Shown here: one piece after another, positions 37,166 to 45,846 of the stretch | How the letters are laid out: the number at the start of each line of letters is the position of its first letter | Numbering within the stretch: the stretch's first letter is position 1 | Assembly (NCBI GenBank): GCA_005223125.1 | Contig: NJBH01000006.1 | Location: 64,001 to 128,000, forward strand | DNA: 64,000 bases | Direction of reading: 5' to 3' | Source: Promethearchaeota archaeon Loki_b32 | GTDB taxonomy: Archaea; Asgardarchaeota; Lokiarchaeia; Sigyniarchaeales; SOKP01 | The notes under the pieces: model-generated | Seen by the model: only the letters and a program-made list of their open reading frames with translations | Databases searched by the model: none | Told to the model about the DNA's origin: nothing | Position numbers and translations under genes: made by a program

Positions 37166-38356
37166 ATGGCAAAATTTAAATCGGTAGTAATTTTTCTAGC
37201 GATATTTTGCTTAATTGGTATAATCCATGGTGCTCTTCTAAATTCAATTAATGTTTTTGTAACTTGGTTGTTAATTGGAATTTGGTTAATTTATTCTTTC
37301 AAAGTTCTAAAAAATATCAAACAATATCGTGAATTTAATTCTCCTCATAATACTGCTTTTTTTACCATTGGTCCTGTTTTAATGGGAATTTTTTATTCAG
37401 TGTGGAGTAATTTCACAGGTTTATTAGGAGAAAATCTTTTAGAAAGTACAGATTTATATTTAAGTTGGTGGAGTATACTATTTGGATTTCCCTATATATT
37501 ATATGGTTCGATTTCTTTATACCGTTGTTTTAAAAAGTATAATGTAATACATTTTAGAAGGAAATCAATAAAAGCACGCACATTTGGTTTTATTTTAGGA
37601 ATCTCCATTCTCCTGTTTATAATTATATACTGGATAAGTTTTTATTCAATTATAGACTTTTATGAATCTTTAATAACACCTCTCCATTTTTTAATAGATC
37701 TCAATCTATTAATATTACTTATCAGTACTATACTACTATTAATAGTCCCTGGCTTGTTTGGTGCTCAAACTCCATTACCTCAACTAACTAGAGATTACAT
37801 AGCAAGACGTACAAGCAGATTAAACAATTTAACATCACCCACCCCTAATCGACAAAGACAAACTGTTCGTACTACAACTAGATCATCTCCAACACCTTCA
37901 ACAAGAACAGTTGCTCGCACAACAAGATCAGTTTCTCGTTCTGCAAGATCAACGCCTACAACAAATAGATATTCTACAAGCTCTAGAGAAAAAAAAACTA
38001 CTCAAACTGTAGGCAGAAGAGCAACAGGACCAGTGCGAAGAAAAAAAACTGTTACAAAAATAAGCAATTTCAATTTATATAAACCAAAAGCAGCACGTCT
38101 TTCAACAGAGGATTTTAAATGTATTTTTTGTTTTAAGTTACCAGAATATCCTAAAGATAATGGTAGAGGAATAATATTGTGTCCAAAATGTAAATACCCC
38201 GCTCATGCTGACGAATTTAAAGATTGGCTTCAAAGTTCTAACCTATGTTCTCGGTGTAATACACCAATTCCCTCAAGCTTTAGAAGAAATCCTAAAACCA
38301 TAAGTGTAAAAAATTATATAATCGTCATTAAGCATTTTGTAAGTAATAGGAGATGA
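37166..38356 (+). CDS. Polytopic membrane protein with a C-terminal variant RING finger (putative E3 ligase)
   Basis: About 6 TM helices, an S/T/R-rich linker, then CIFC-x16-CPKC-x4-H-x2-E-x3-W-x6-CSRC. Confidence 0.8.
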   Translation: MAKFKSVVIFLAIFCLIGIIHGALLNSINVFVTWLLIGIWLIYSFKVLKNIKQYREFNSPHNTAFFTIGPVLMGIFYSVWSNFTGLLGENLLESTDLYLSWWSILFGFPYILYGSISLYRCFKKYNVIHFRRKSIKARTFGFILGISILLFIIIYWISFYSIIDFYESLITPLHFLIDLNLLILLISTILLLIVPGLFGAQTPLPQLTRDYIARRTSRLNNLTSPTPNRQRQTVRTTTRSSPTPSTRTVARTTRSVSRSARSTPTTNRYSTSSREKKTTQTVGRRATGPVRRKKTVTKISNFNLYKPKAARLSTEDFKCIFCFKLPEYPKDNGRGIILCPKCKYPAHADEFKDWLQSSNLCSRCNTPIPSSFRRNPKTISVKNYIIVIKHFVSNRR

Positions 38357-38389
38357 AATAGGAAAAAGGATTTAAATATATTATTTTTT

Positions 38390-39325
38390 TTATTTTAACT
38401 TTTGTTTTAACGCCCCAATAGTAGTTTTTAATTCAGCATAAACATTAAAAATATGAATTGATTCAAAACTTTCAATTTTAAATTTGATTTCGAAATTATC
38501 TTCAATGTTAGGAAAATCTCTTAACATGAAGTTTTTTGCCATTTCTCTAATCACATCTTCTGAAAATAACGGTTTTAGATGAGCGCTTCTTACTAATTCA
38601 GCTTCTTCAGGTCTTTTTAACACAGATTGTATTTTCCCACTCATTGAGTCTTCTATTACTTCAATAATATCTAAAACATCAATTTTATGGCCTGTTAAAT
38701 CCTTTATTTGGACAATTATTGATCCAATAGATCTTTGATTATGTGAGGAAAAAGGAAGTATATTTATTAATTTCTTAAGATCTTCTTCGCTAACATTTAT
38801 ATCTTTTCTTGTTTTAATTATTTCTTCGGCATATTCTTGAGACATTTCTTTAGCACAGGGACATACAGTTATCCCGACTGCGCTCGCACCCACAAAATAG
38901 TTAAAATCAATCTTTCCAGCTTCATCTCTTTTAGCTCTTACAAAAGAACTAATATTATAAGATTTTTGGATATTTCTGGAATTATTTTCTCTTACCTGAA
39001 CAATTATTTTTCCTTCTAATTTAACTTCCGCTTTTGATGAATATGGATGTCTTTCTAAGAGTTTTTTAACGATTCTATCACCTACTAATTCAATTGTAGG
39101 CGTTGGTTTGTAAATTACTTCATTTATAACTTCCTCTATTGTTTCAGAAGTACGCGACATATGTATTCCACGCTGTTTTGCGGGAAGATTAATCAGTGCT
39201 GAGATCGTGGGGTAAAATGAGTATTTTTTATTTTCTTGTACGATTTCAACTTTTTTCTCTAGTTCTACTATTCCAACTTTATCAATTGCAATGTCAATTG
39301 CTGAACCGGAATCCTGTAAATCCAT
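38390..39325 (-). CDS. mptA: GTP cyclohydrolase MptA (FolE2 family)
   Basis: 'RGIHMSR', 'TVCPCA', 'SHNQR', 'LKRPEE', 'EDVIR', 'FESIH'. Confidence 0.93.
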   Translation of the reverse strand: MDLQDSGSAIDIAIDKVGIVELEKKVEIVQENKKYSFYPTISALINLPAKQRGIHMSRTSETIEEVINEVIYKPTPTIELVGDRIVKKLLERHPYSSKAEVKLEGKIIVQVRENNSRNIQKSYNISSFVRAKRDEAGKIDFNYFVGASAVGITVCPCAKEMSQEYAEEIIKTRKDINVSEEDLKKLINILPFSSHNQRSIGSIIVQIKDLTGHKIDVLDIIEVIEDSMSGKIQSVLKRPEEAELVRSAHLKPLFSEDVIREMAKNFMLRDFPNIEDNFEIKFKIESFESIHIFNVYAELKTTIGALKQKLK

Positions 39326-39435
39326 TTTAAACTCGTGAATTTTAAATCACCAGAATTAAAAAATAATTTTATTTTGTTCTATTCATAAAGAAGATTAGAT
39401 AAAATATAAAATAATTTGAATTTTTCAAGAACTAA

Positions 39436-40605
39436 ATGCCTAATAAAAGTATTTTCAGCAAATTTGCATTAATAGGAGAAGATTTAGAACTTAAGCAAGA
39501 TGTTTTATTAGAAATCGATGAAGAAGGAAAGATAATTAACATCACAGATAATAATCCAGATATACACATCGAAATTTTTAAAAACGGTCAAAATTATTTG
39601 CTAATACCAGGCTTTATTAATTCTCATACACATATAGGTGATAATTTTGCGAAAGAAGTTGGTTTTAATAAAGATTTGGTGGAGGTAGTTGCCCCACCAT
39701 TTGGTCTTAAACATAAATTATTAAGACAAATCCCTGAACACATTAAAATTAAAGGAATTCAAAACGCAGTTTTAGAAATGCTTTCAAATGGTATTATATT
39801 TTTCATTGATTTTAGAGAGGGAGGTATTGAAGGTGTAAATCTTCTAAAAAAAGCACTTATTAAGAGTCCAATTAACTATATAATCTTAGGGCGATTTATG
39901 GATGAAAGTGAAATAGATTCTTATTTTGATTTAGCAGATGGAGTTGGATTATCTAGTTATAAACAAATTACTTCATCAAATGAAAAATATATTATAGCAG
40001 CCAAACAGAAATATAAAAAAATCATTGCTTGTCATTGTGCTGAAAAAACTCGCATTGATCTTTTAATAAATAAAATGTTTAATGAGAATCTTGTTGATGT
40101 CATCGTTCATGGTACTAAATTTATCAAAAAAGATTTAGAAAAATTGATAGAAAATAAAAAATCTCTTGTTTTATGTCCTCGTTGTAATGGATATTTTGGA
40201 ACTGGATTTCCACCCATTAATGAAATTATAAAATTAGGAATTCCCTTATCATTAGGAACAGATAATTTAATGGTAAATAATCCCGATTTATTTGAAGAAA
40301 TACGATATTTTTATCGGATTTCGAGAGTATTATGTAGTTATGATAAAGAACTTCAGTTTACTTCTAAAGATTTATTGAAAATGGTAACAATAAACGCCGC
40401 AAAAAATTTTAATCTTGAAAATGAGTTTGGTTCAATTTCAAAAGGAAAATTTGCTGATCTTTTTATAGTCGATCTCAATTGTCCAAATCTTTTTTCTTCT
40501 ATATTAGATTCTAATAATATATATAATTTAATTACTCAAAGAGTAAAATCAGAAAATATAATTAAGACCTATATTAAAGGAGAATTAGTGTTTGAAAGAA
40601 AGTAA
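39436..40605 (+). CDS. Amidohydrolase/deaminase family protein
   Basis: 'PGFINSHTHIGD', 'HCAE', 'CPR', 'LGTDN', 'GKFADL'. Confidence 0.88.
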   Translation: MPNKSIFSKFALIGEDLELKQDVLLEIDEEGKIINITDNNPDIHIEIFKNGQNYLLIPGFINSHTHIGDNFAKEVGFNKDLVEVVAPPFGLKHKLLRQIPEHIKIKGIQNAVLEMLSNGIIFFIDFREGGIEGVNLLKKALIKSPINYIILGRFMDESEIDSYFDLADGVGLSSYKQITSSNEKYIIAAKQKYKKIIACHCAEKTRIDLLINKMFNENLVDVIVHGTKFIKKDLEKLIENKKSLVLCPRCNGYFGTGFPPINEIIKLGIPLSLGTDNLMVNNPDLFEEIRYFYRISRVLCSYDKELQFTSKDLLKMVTINAAKNFNLENEFGSISKGKFADLFIVDLNCPNLFSSILDSNNIYNLITQRVKSENIIKTYIKGELVFERK

Positions 40606-41257
40606 CAAGCCCTATGTCATTTTAAGCGCTGCAATGACTATTGATGGTAAAATCGCCACTAAGAAGGGCGATTCAGAATTATCCGATAAAGCGGATTGGA
40701 AAGAAGTACATAAACTCCGAACTCAAGTTGATGCTATAATGGTAGGTAAGGGGACTATTTTAAAAGACAATCCAAAATTGCATATTAAATATTATAATCA
40801 TCGAGGATATTATAGACTTGTTCTAGACAGTAATTTAACGATTCCATTAGATTCCAATGTCATATCTTTTCAACAAGAAATTTATCCTACAATTATTTGT
40901 ACCACTGAAAATGTACCATTGGATAAAATAAAAAAGTATGAAGATAAAGGTGTTAAAATTATAAATGTTGGAGATGACAAACGCGTGAGTCTAATAAAAC
41001 TTTTACCTATCCTAAAAAATTTAGGAATAAATACCATATTACTGGAAGGTGGTGGCAATTTGAATTGGAGTTTTATAGAAAATAATTTAATTAATGAAAT
41101 ACGGTTAACTATAGCTCCCTGGATTGTTGGTGGAAAGGAAGCAACAAGCCTAGTAGAAGGAATAGGATTTGAAAAGATAGTAAGTGCACCTAGATTTGAG
41201 CTTTTTGATGTTAAAGTTAGAACTTATTACATTACTCTAAGATATAAAAGGAAGTAG
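40592..41257 (+). CDS. arfC: 2,5-diamino-6-(ribosylamino)-4(3H)-pyrimidinone 5'-phosphate reductase
   Basis: 'AMTIDGKIA', 'DAIMVG.GT...DNP.L', 'LLEGGG.LN'; RibD C-terminal domain only. Confidence 0.9.
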   Translation: MKESNKPYVILSAAMTIDGKIATKKGDSELSDKADWKEVHKLRTQVDAIMVGKGTILKDNPKLHIKYYNHRGYYRLVLDSNLTIPLDSNVISFQQEIYPTIICTTENVPLDKIKKYEDKGVKIINVGDDKRVSLIKLLPILKNLGINTILLEGGGNLNWSFIENNLINEIRLTIAPWIVGGKEATSLVEGIGFEKIVSAPRFELFDVKVRTYYITLRYKRK

Positions 41258-42366
41258 TGATGAGGGAAAATAAAATCACACAGTTAAAAAACCTGAAATT
41301 TAATAAAATAAGAGAAAAGGTTAAAGAAATAAAAACTGAATTATCTGAACAAGAACGTAGTGTGATTACTTACTCGAGAAATTTCACACTTTCTCTTTCA
41401 AACTATTGTGTTAATCAGTGTGGATATTGTTATTATAATTATAAAATTCCTAAGCTAAATAGTGAAGATAATGTAATATTGCTTAGGAATGAGCAAATTG
41501 TGTCATATATTCAAGAAGCTCTTCAATATAATTGTAAAGAAGCCCTGATTATGTCTGGAGAACGCCCTGGAAGTTTTCAAGAAGTTAAAGAAGAATTGAA
41601 AAAAAGAAATTGTTCAGATTTTATAGAGTATGTAAAAAACGTTTGTACATATTTACTTGATTCTAAAATTCTACCTCATTCAAATTTAGGATTTTTAACT
41701 TATGATGAATTAATGGATTTAAAAAAATACAATGCTAGTATGGGGTTGATGCTTGAGGGTACTAGCATGAAACTTTTTAAAAAAGGGGAAGTTCATGAAC
41801 ATTCTCCTGGAAAATTACCAAAAAAGAGAATAAAGCACATTACTGATGCCGGAAAATTAAAAATTCCGCTTACTACGGGATTATTGGTCGGTATTGGAGA
41901 GGTAATTGCAGATATCATAGAAGATTTACATTTAATAAAAAATATCCATAAAAAATATGGACATATTCAAGAAGTTATTATTCAGAATTTTGTAAGGAAA
42001 GATAAGATTCCATATCAACCTAAAAAGCCAATTGCCATCGAAGAGGTGCTAAGAATAACTGGAATAGCTCGAATTATTTTAGAAAATGAAATTGCGATTC
42101 AAGTTCCGCCTAACCTCATAGCTGGTTTTGAAAAGCATTTTCTCGATATGGGAGTTGATGATTTTGGAGGTATTTCTCCGTTTACATTAGATTATATAAA
42201 TCCTAAAAAAATTTGGCCTCAAATTGATAATTTGAATAAAATTTGTAACGATAAAGGTTTTACACTCAAAGAGAGACTCCCTATATATGATAAGTTTGTA
42301 AATAAAGAAGGATTTTGCTCAGAAAATATTAAAAAAATAATTGATAATATAAATCTAGATGACTAA
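41257..42366 (+). CDS. cofG: FO synthase subunit CofG
   Basis: 'ITYSRN', CxxxCxxC, 'LPHSN.G', 'SMGLMLE', 'EVIIQNF', 'QVPPNL', 'GGISP'. Confidence 0.93.
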   Translation: MMRENKITQLKNLKFNKIREKVKEIKTELSEQERSVITYSRNFTLSLSNYCVNQCGYCYYNYKIPKLNSEDNVILLRNEQIVSYIQEALQYNCKEALIMSGERPGSFQEVKEELKKRNCSDFIEYVKNVCTYLLDSKILPHSNLGFLTYDELMDLKKYNASMGLMLEGTSMKLFKKGEVHEHSPGKLPKKRIKHITDAGKLKIPLTTGLLVGIGEVIADIIEDLHLIKNIHKKYGHIQEVIIQNFVRKDKIPYQPKKPIAIEEVLRITGIARIILENEIAIQVPPNLIAGFEKHFLDMGVDDFGGISPFTLDYINPKKIWPQIDNLNKICNDKGFTLKERLPIYDKFVNKEGFCSENIKKIIDNINLDD

Positions 42367-43489
42367 TTCGCAATTTTTTGAACATATTAAATCAAATATA
42401 AAAGCGATTTTACAGAAGGCTTTAAATTCAGAGGAATTAAGCTCAGATGAAGCGCTAGAGTTATTAAAAGTAAAGGGAAAAGAATTCTTTGCCCTTCAGT
42501 ATGTAGCTGATCAGATCTGCTTTGAAAAAATGCAAAATATTGTAACCTTCGTAATAAATAGAAATATTAACTTTACAAATATTTGCTATCAGCATTGTAA
42601 ATTCTGTTCTTTCAGTTTGCCAGCAACCCACACTAACGCATTCTTACTCACTATTGAACAAATTAGTGAAAAAGTAATTGAGGCAAAAAAAATTGGATGT
42701 ACTGAAGTTTGTATTCAAGGAGGTATAAATCCAGATTTAAAGTTTGAATTTTATTTAGATATACTTAAAATTGTTAAGAAAATAGATCCAAATATTCATA
42801 TTCATGCTTTTTCTCCACAAGAATTATTTTACATGTCAAAATTGTATGAGAACTCAATAGAAGATACTTTAAAGGAATTAAAAAAAGCGGGATTAGATTC
42901 AATTCCAGGAACAGCAGCAGAGATTTTAGTAGATGATATTCGGAAAATTATATGTCCTAATAAAGTTTCTACTCTACAATGGATTAACATCATTACTACT
43001 GCCCATAATTTGGGAATCCCAACGACATCGACAATAATGTACGGGCATATAGAATCATTAAATGATCGAGTTACACATTTAGATGTTTTAAGAGAAATTC
43101 AAAAAGAAACTAAAGGCTTTACTGAACTTGTACCTTTACCTTTTGTAAAAGAAAACCCTATGTTATCTAAACTTGAAGATTTTCCGTTAAATCCAACCTA
43201 TGGAATGGATGATTTAAAATTATTTTGTGTATCTCGGATATTTTTAAATGATTATATTGATAATATACAATGCAGTTGGGTAAAATTAGGTCCAAAATTT
43301 GCTCAGGTGTCTTTAAATTTTGGAGTAAACGATTTCTCAGGAACATTAATGGAAGAAAATATATCAAGAAGCGCTGGAGCAGAATTTGGTCAATATTTAC
43401 CACCCGAAGAAATAATTAATATAGTTAAAGCTGCTGGAAAGAAACCTACACAAAGGGATACTCTATATAATATATTGAAATATTATTAA
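42359..43489 (+). CDS. cofH: FO synthase subunit CofH
   Basis: 'NRNINFTNIC...C.FC', 'PGTAAEIL', 'TIMYGH', 'SWVKLG', 'GTLMEENI'. Confidence 0.94.
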   Translation: MTNSQFFEHIKSNIKAILQKALNSEELSSDEALELLKVKGKEFFALQYVADQICFEKMQNIVTFVINRNINFTNICYQHCKFCSFSLPATHTNAFLLTIEQISEKVIEAKKIGCTEVCIQGGINPDLKFEFYLDILKIVKKIDPNIHIHAFSPQELFYMSKLYENSIEDTLKELKKAGLDSIPGTAAEILVDDIRKIICPNKVSTLQWINIITTAHNLGIPTTSTIMYGHIESLNDRVTHLDVLREIQKETKGFTELVPLPFVKENPMLSKLEDFPLNPTYGMDDLKLFCVSRIFLNDYIDNIQCSWVKLGPKFAQVSLNFGVNDFSGTLMEENISRSAGAEFGQYLPPEEIINIVKAAGKKPTQRDTLYNILKYY

Positions 43490-43491
43490 AA

Positions 43492-45348
43492 TTAATGACT
43501 TTGTAGATATTCTAGAATATAGCGTTGTGCTATTAGATCCGAATTAACCATACCCAAAACTTTTCCCTGTTCTACTACTGGCATTGCAGAAATTTGGTAT
43601 TGCTCTAATTCACGAACTATGTCTATAATGGAAAAATCTGGAGATGCTATAACAACATCCTTAGTTATTACTTTATCAAGAATGACATCACAACTATTAG
43701 AGGCGACCGCGGCAGTTATATCCCAATCTGTTACAACTCCTACAAGTTTGTTCTCAGAAAGTACTGCAATTATTCCACTTTTATTTTGTATCATTAATGC
43801 AGCAGCCTCCTGTATTTTACTTTTTACATCAATTGTTGGTATTGGAATCATTATGTCTTTTGCTGTACGTTCCCTTTCCTTAACAGTTAAACGTTGAAGA
43901 CTGATACGTTCAGCTGCCGTGCATGGAAGCATATCAGGGTGTGCTGCTAATAAATCAACTAATTCACTCATATTACGATGAATTACATCTTCCCTATATT
44001 CCTCACCTGCTTTTAAACGTTGTTTTGAAAGCTCAATAAACTCTTTTGAATAACCTTTTAACCATTTTTCTACTGCTTTACGATCTCCTAATATTTCTTC
44101 CGGTATTTGTAATTGATCCGGAGATTTAATGATATGTTCTTGAGCAGCAAAAATTACACCTCCAGAATTTACAAGGTAATCGTTAGCAATCATTACTCCT
44201 TTTTCTCCGTATACAATTTGCTCCATTCGAGTTCGTGCCGCCTTTCGATTAGGATCTGGAGAATAGGTATTTGCTCCTTCTATAATCACAACCCATTTTC
44301 CCATACGATCCACGGTTATCGATGGATTTTCAGAAGCTCTTACACCTAGATAGTTGAATATTGGAGCTGCAGGAACTAAGCAAAAAGCATTTTCGAGAAG
44401 TAAATTATTTCTATTAGTAGAAAATTTTGTAGGGTGTTTATATCCCTCTGAAAAAATCTTTTCTTTAAAAAAAATATTAGTAACTAAACGTTTTTCTTCC
44501 CATATTTTAAAAAGTTCCCTAATCGGTAACCCTGACTCATTATACAAATAGCCTTCCAAATCACTTACACCTATTACTTTAGCATCAGGAATTCTTTCAT
44601 ATAATATACGTGCTGCATGAGCCCCAACAGCTCCGAAACCTTGAATCAAAATTTTAAGATCTTTGGTTTCTGGAATTTCTAAGTTAACAAATTGGGGAAG
44701 AACTCTTAATCTCGGCATTATCTCTAATAACGTTTGCAAAGCAATTACAACACCTCCTGCTGCTGCGCCGAGTTCATCAATCCGATTTCCTCCCATATCT
44801 GCAGGTTTAGAAAGAACACTATCTATACCATTCTCAATTGCAATGGTCTTCATATCAGCATCATTAGTACCAACATCTGGCCCTGGAAGATAAATATTAC
44901 TATATCGCTTAATTAAGCGCGCAAAGCCACCAATTACTTTATCATGTTCCTCTAGCGAGAGATCTCTTTCAGCAACAATCCCAGATTTTCCACCACCATA
45001 TGGAAGATTAGCTGCTGCGTTTTTTAGCGTCATACCTCTAGCTAAATTATGAATATCTGAAGGTACTATATCTGGGAGCATTCTTATCCCTCCCATTGAT
45101 GGAGAACCCATAGACAGGTTGTCAACTACTAAATATCCCCCAATTTCTAACTCTGATGTTTCATCCCATAAGCAAGCAACAAGATGAGGCCCTAATTTAT
45201 CAACAACAATCCCGATTCGAGATAAAAGGTGCTCATCTATATTACTAAACTCTAAATAACATTTACCATTATCTTTTTTAAGTCGGGTTTTGAGCGTTGC
45301 TTCTGGGAGACGCTCATGAAGAAATGATTTCATTTTTTTTGGTATCAT
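43492..45348 (-). CDS. Glu/Leu/Phe/Val dehydrogenase with a C-terminal CBS pair
   Basis: 'GGIRM', 'MTLKNA...LPYGGGK', 'PGPDVGT', 'QGFGAVG', 'EGAN', 'NSGGV'; CBS motifs 'VGVVTDWD' and 'ISAMPVV'. Confidence 0.9.
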   Translation of the reverse strand: MIPKKMKSFLHERLPEATLKTRLKKDNGKCYLEFSNIDEHLLSRIGIVVDKLGPHLVACLWDETSELEIGGYLVVDNLSMGSPSMGGIRMLPDIVPSDIHNLARGMTLKNAAANLPYGGGKSGIVAERDLSLEEHDKVIGGFARLIKRYSNIYLPGPDVGTNDADMKTIAIENGIDSVLSKPADMGGNRIDELGAAAGGVVIALQTLLEIMPRLRVLPQFVNLEIPETKDLKILIQGFGAVGAHAARILYERIPDAKVIGVSDLEGYLYNESGLPIRELFKIWEEKRLVTNIFFKEKIFSEGYKHPTKFSTNRNNLLLENAFCLVPAAPIFNYLGVRASENPSITVDRMGKWVVIIEGANTYSPDPNRKAARTRMEQIVYGEKGVMIANDYLVNSGGVIFAAQEHIIKSPDQLQIPEEILGDRKAVEKWLKGYSKEFIELSKQRLKAGEEYREDVIHRNMSELVDLLAAHPDMLPCTAAERISLQRLTVKERERTAKDIMIPIPTIDVKSKIQEAAALMIQNKSGIIAVLSENKLVGVVTDWDITAAVASNSCDVILDKVITKDVVIASPDFSIIDIVRELEQYQISAMPVVEQGKVLGMVNSDLIAQRYILEYLQSH

Positions 45349-45530
45349 AATATCAACCTATTGAAGGCAATTTCACTAGTAAAAGTATGATATATAAGTA
45401 TAATAATTATTTAAATTTCAACTCATTAACTTCTAATAAAATTTAGTTAATGCAATTTTTTATTGAATTAACAATTTTATTAATTATCTTATTAAAAATC
45501 AAAATTAATATTAAAATTATAAAGAAACAA

Positions 45531-45830
45531 ATGGTGGTTGTAATTCCAATAACCTTAATTGCTACAGTTCGAGTGAAAAATGGAAGTATGGAAAAGGCAA
45601 TTGAAGCCTTAAAAGAAGTTGTACCTAAAATAAAAGAATCAGAACCAGGATGTTTACAATACATTCCTCACACAATAAAGGGAGAGGAAAATTCAATTAT
45701 TTTTTATGAAGTATATGCTGATTCTGATGCATTGAAACAACATAATAAAAATTTAGGTAAGAACATGGCAAAACTAGGTCCACTTTTAGAACCTGGAATC
45801 GATGTAAAGAAATGTCATGAAATTGTTTAA
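45531..45830 (+). CDS. Antibiotic biosynthesis monooxygenase (ABM) family protein
   Basis: 'EPGCLQY' and 'FYEVY.D..AL..H'. Confidence 0.88.
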   Translation: MVVVIPITLIATVRVKNGSMEKAIEALKEVVPKIKESEPGCLQYIPHTIKGEENSIIFYEVYADSDALKQHNKNLGKNMAKLGPLLEPGIDVKKCHEIV

Positions 45831-45846
45831 TACATAATTTTTTTTT

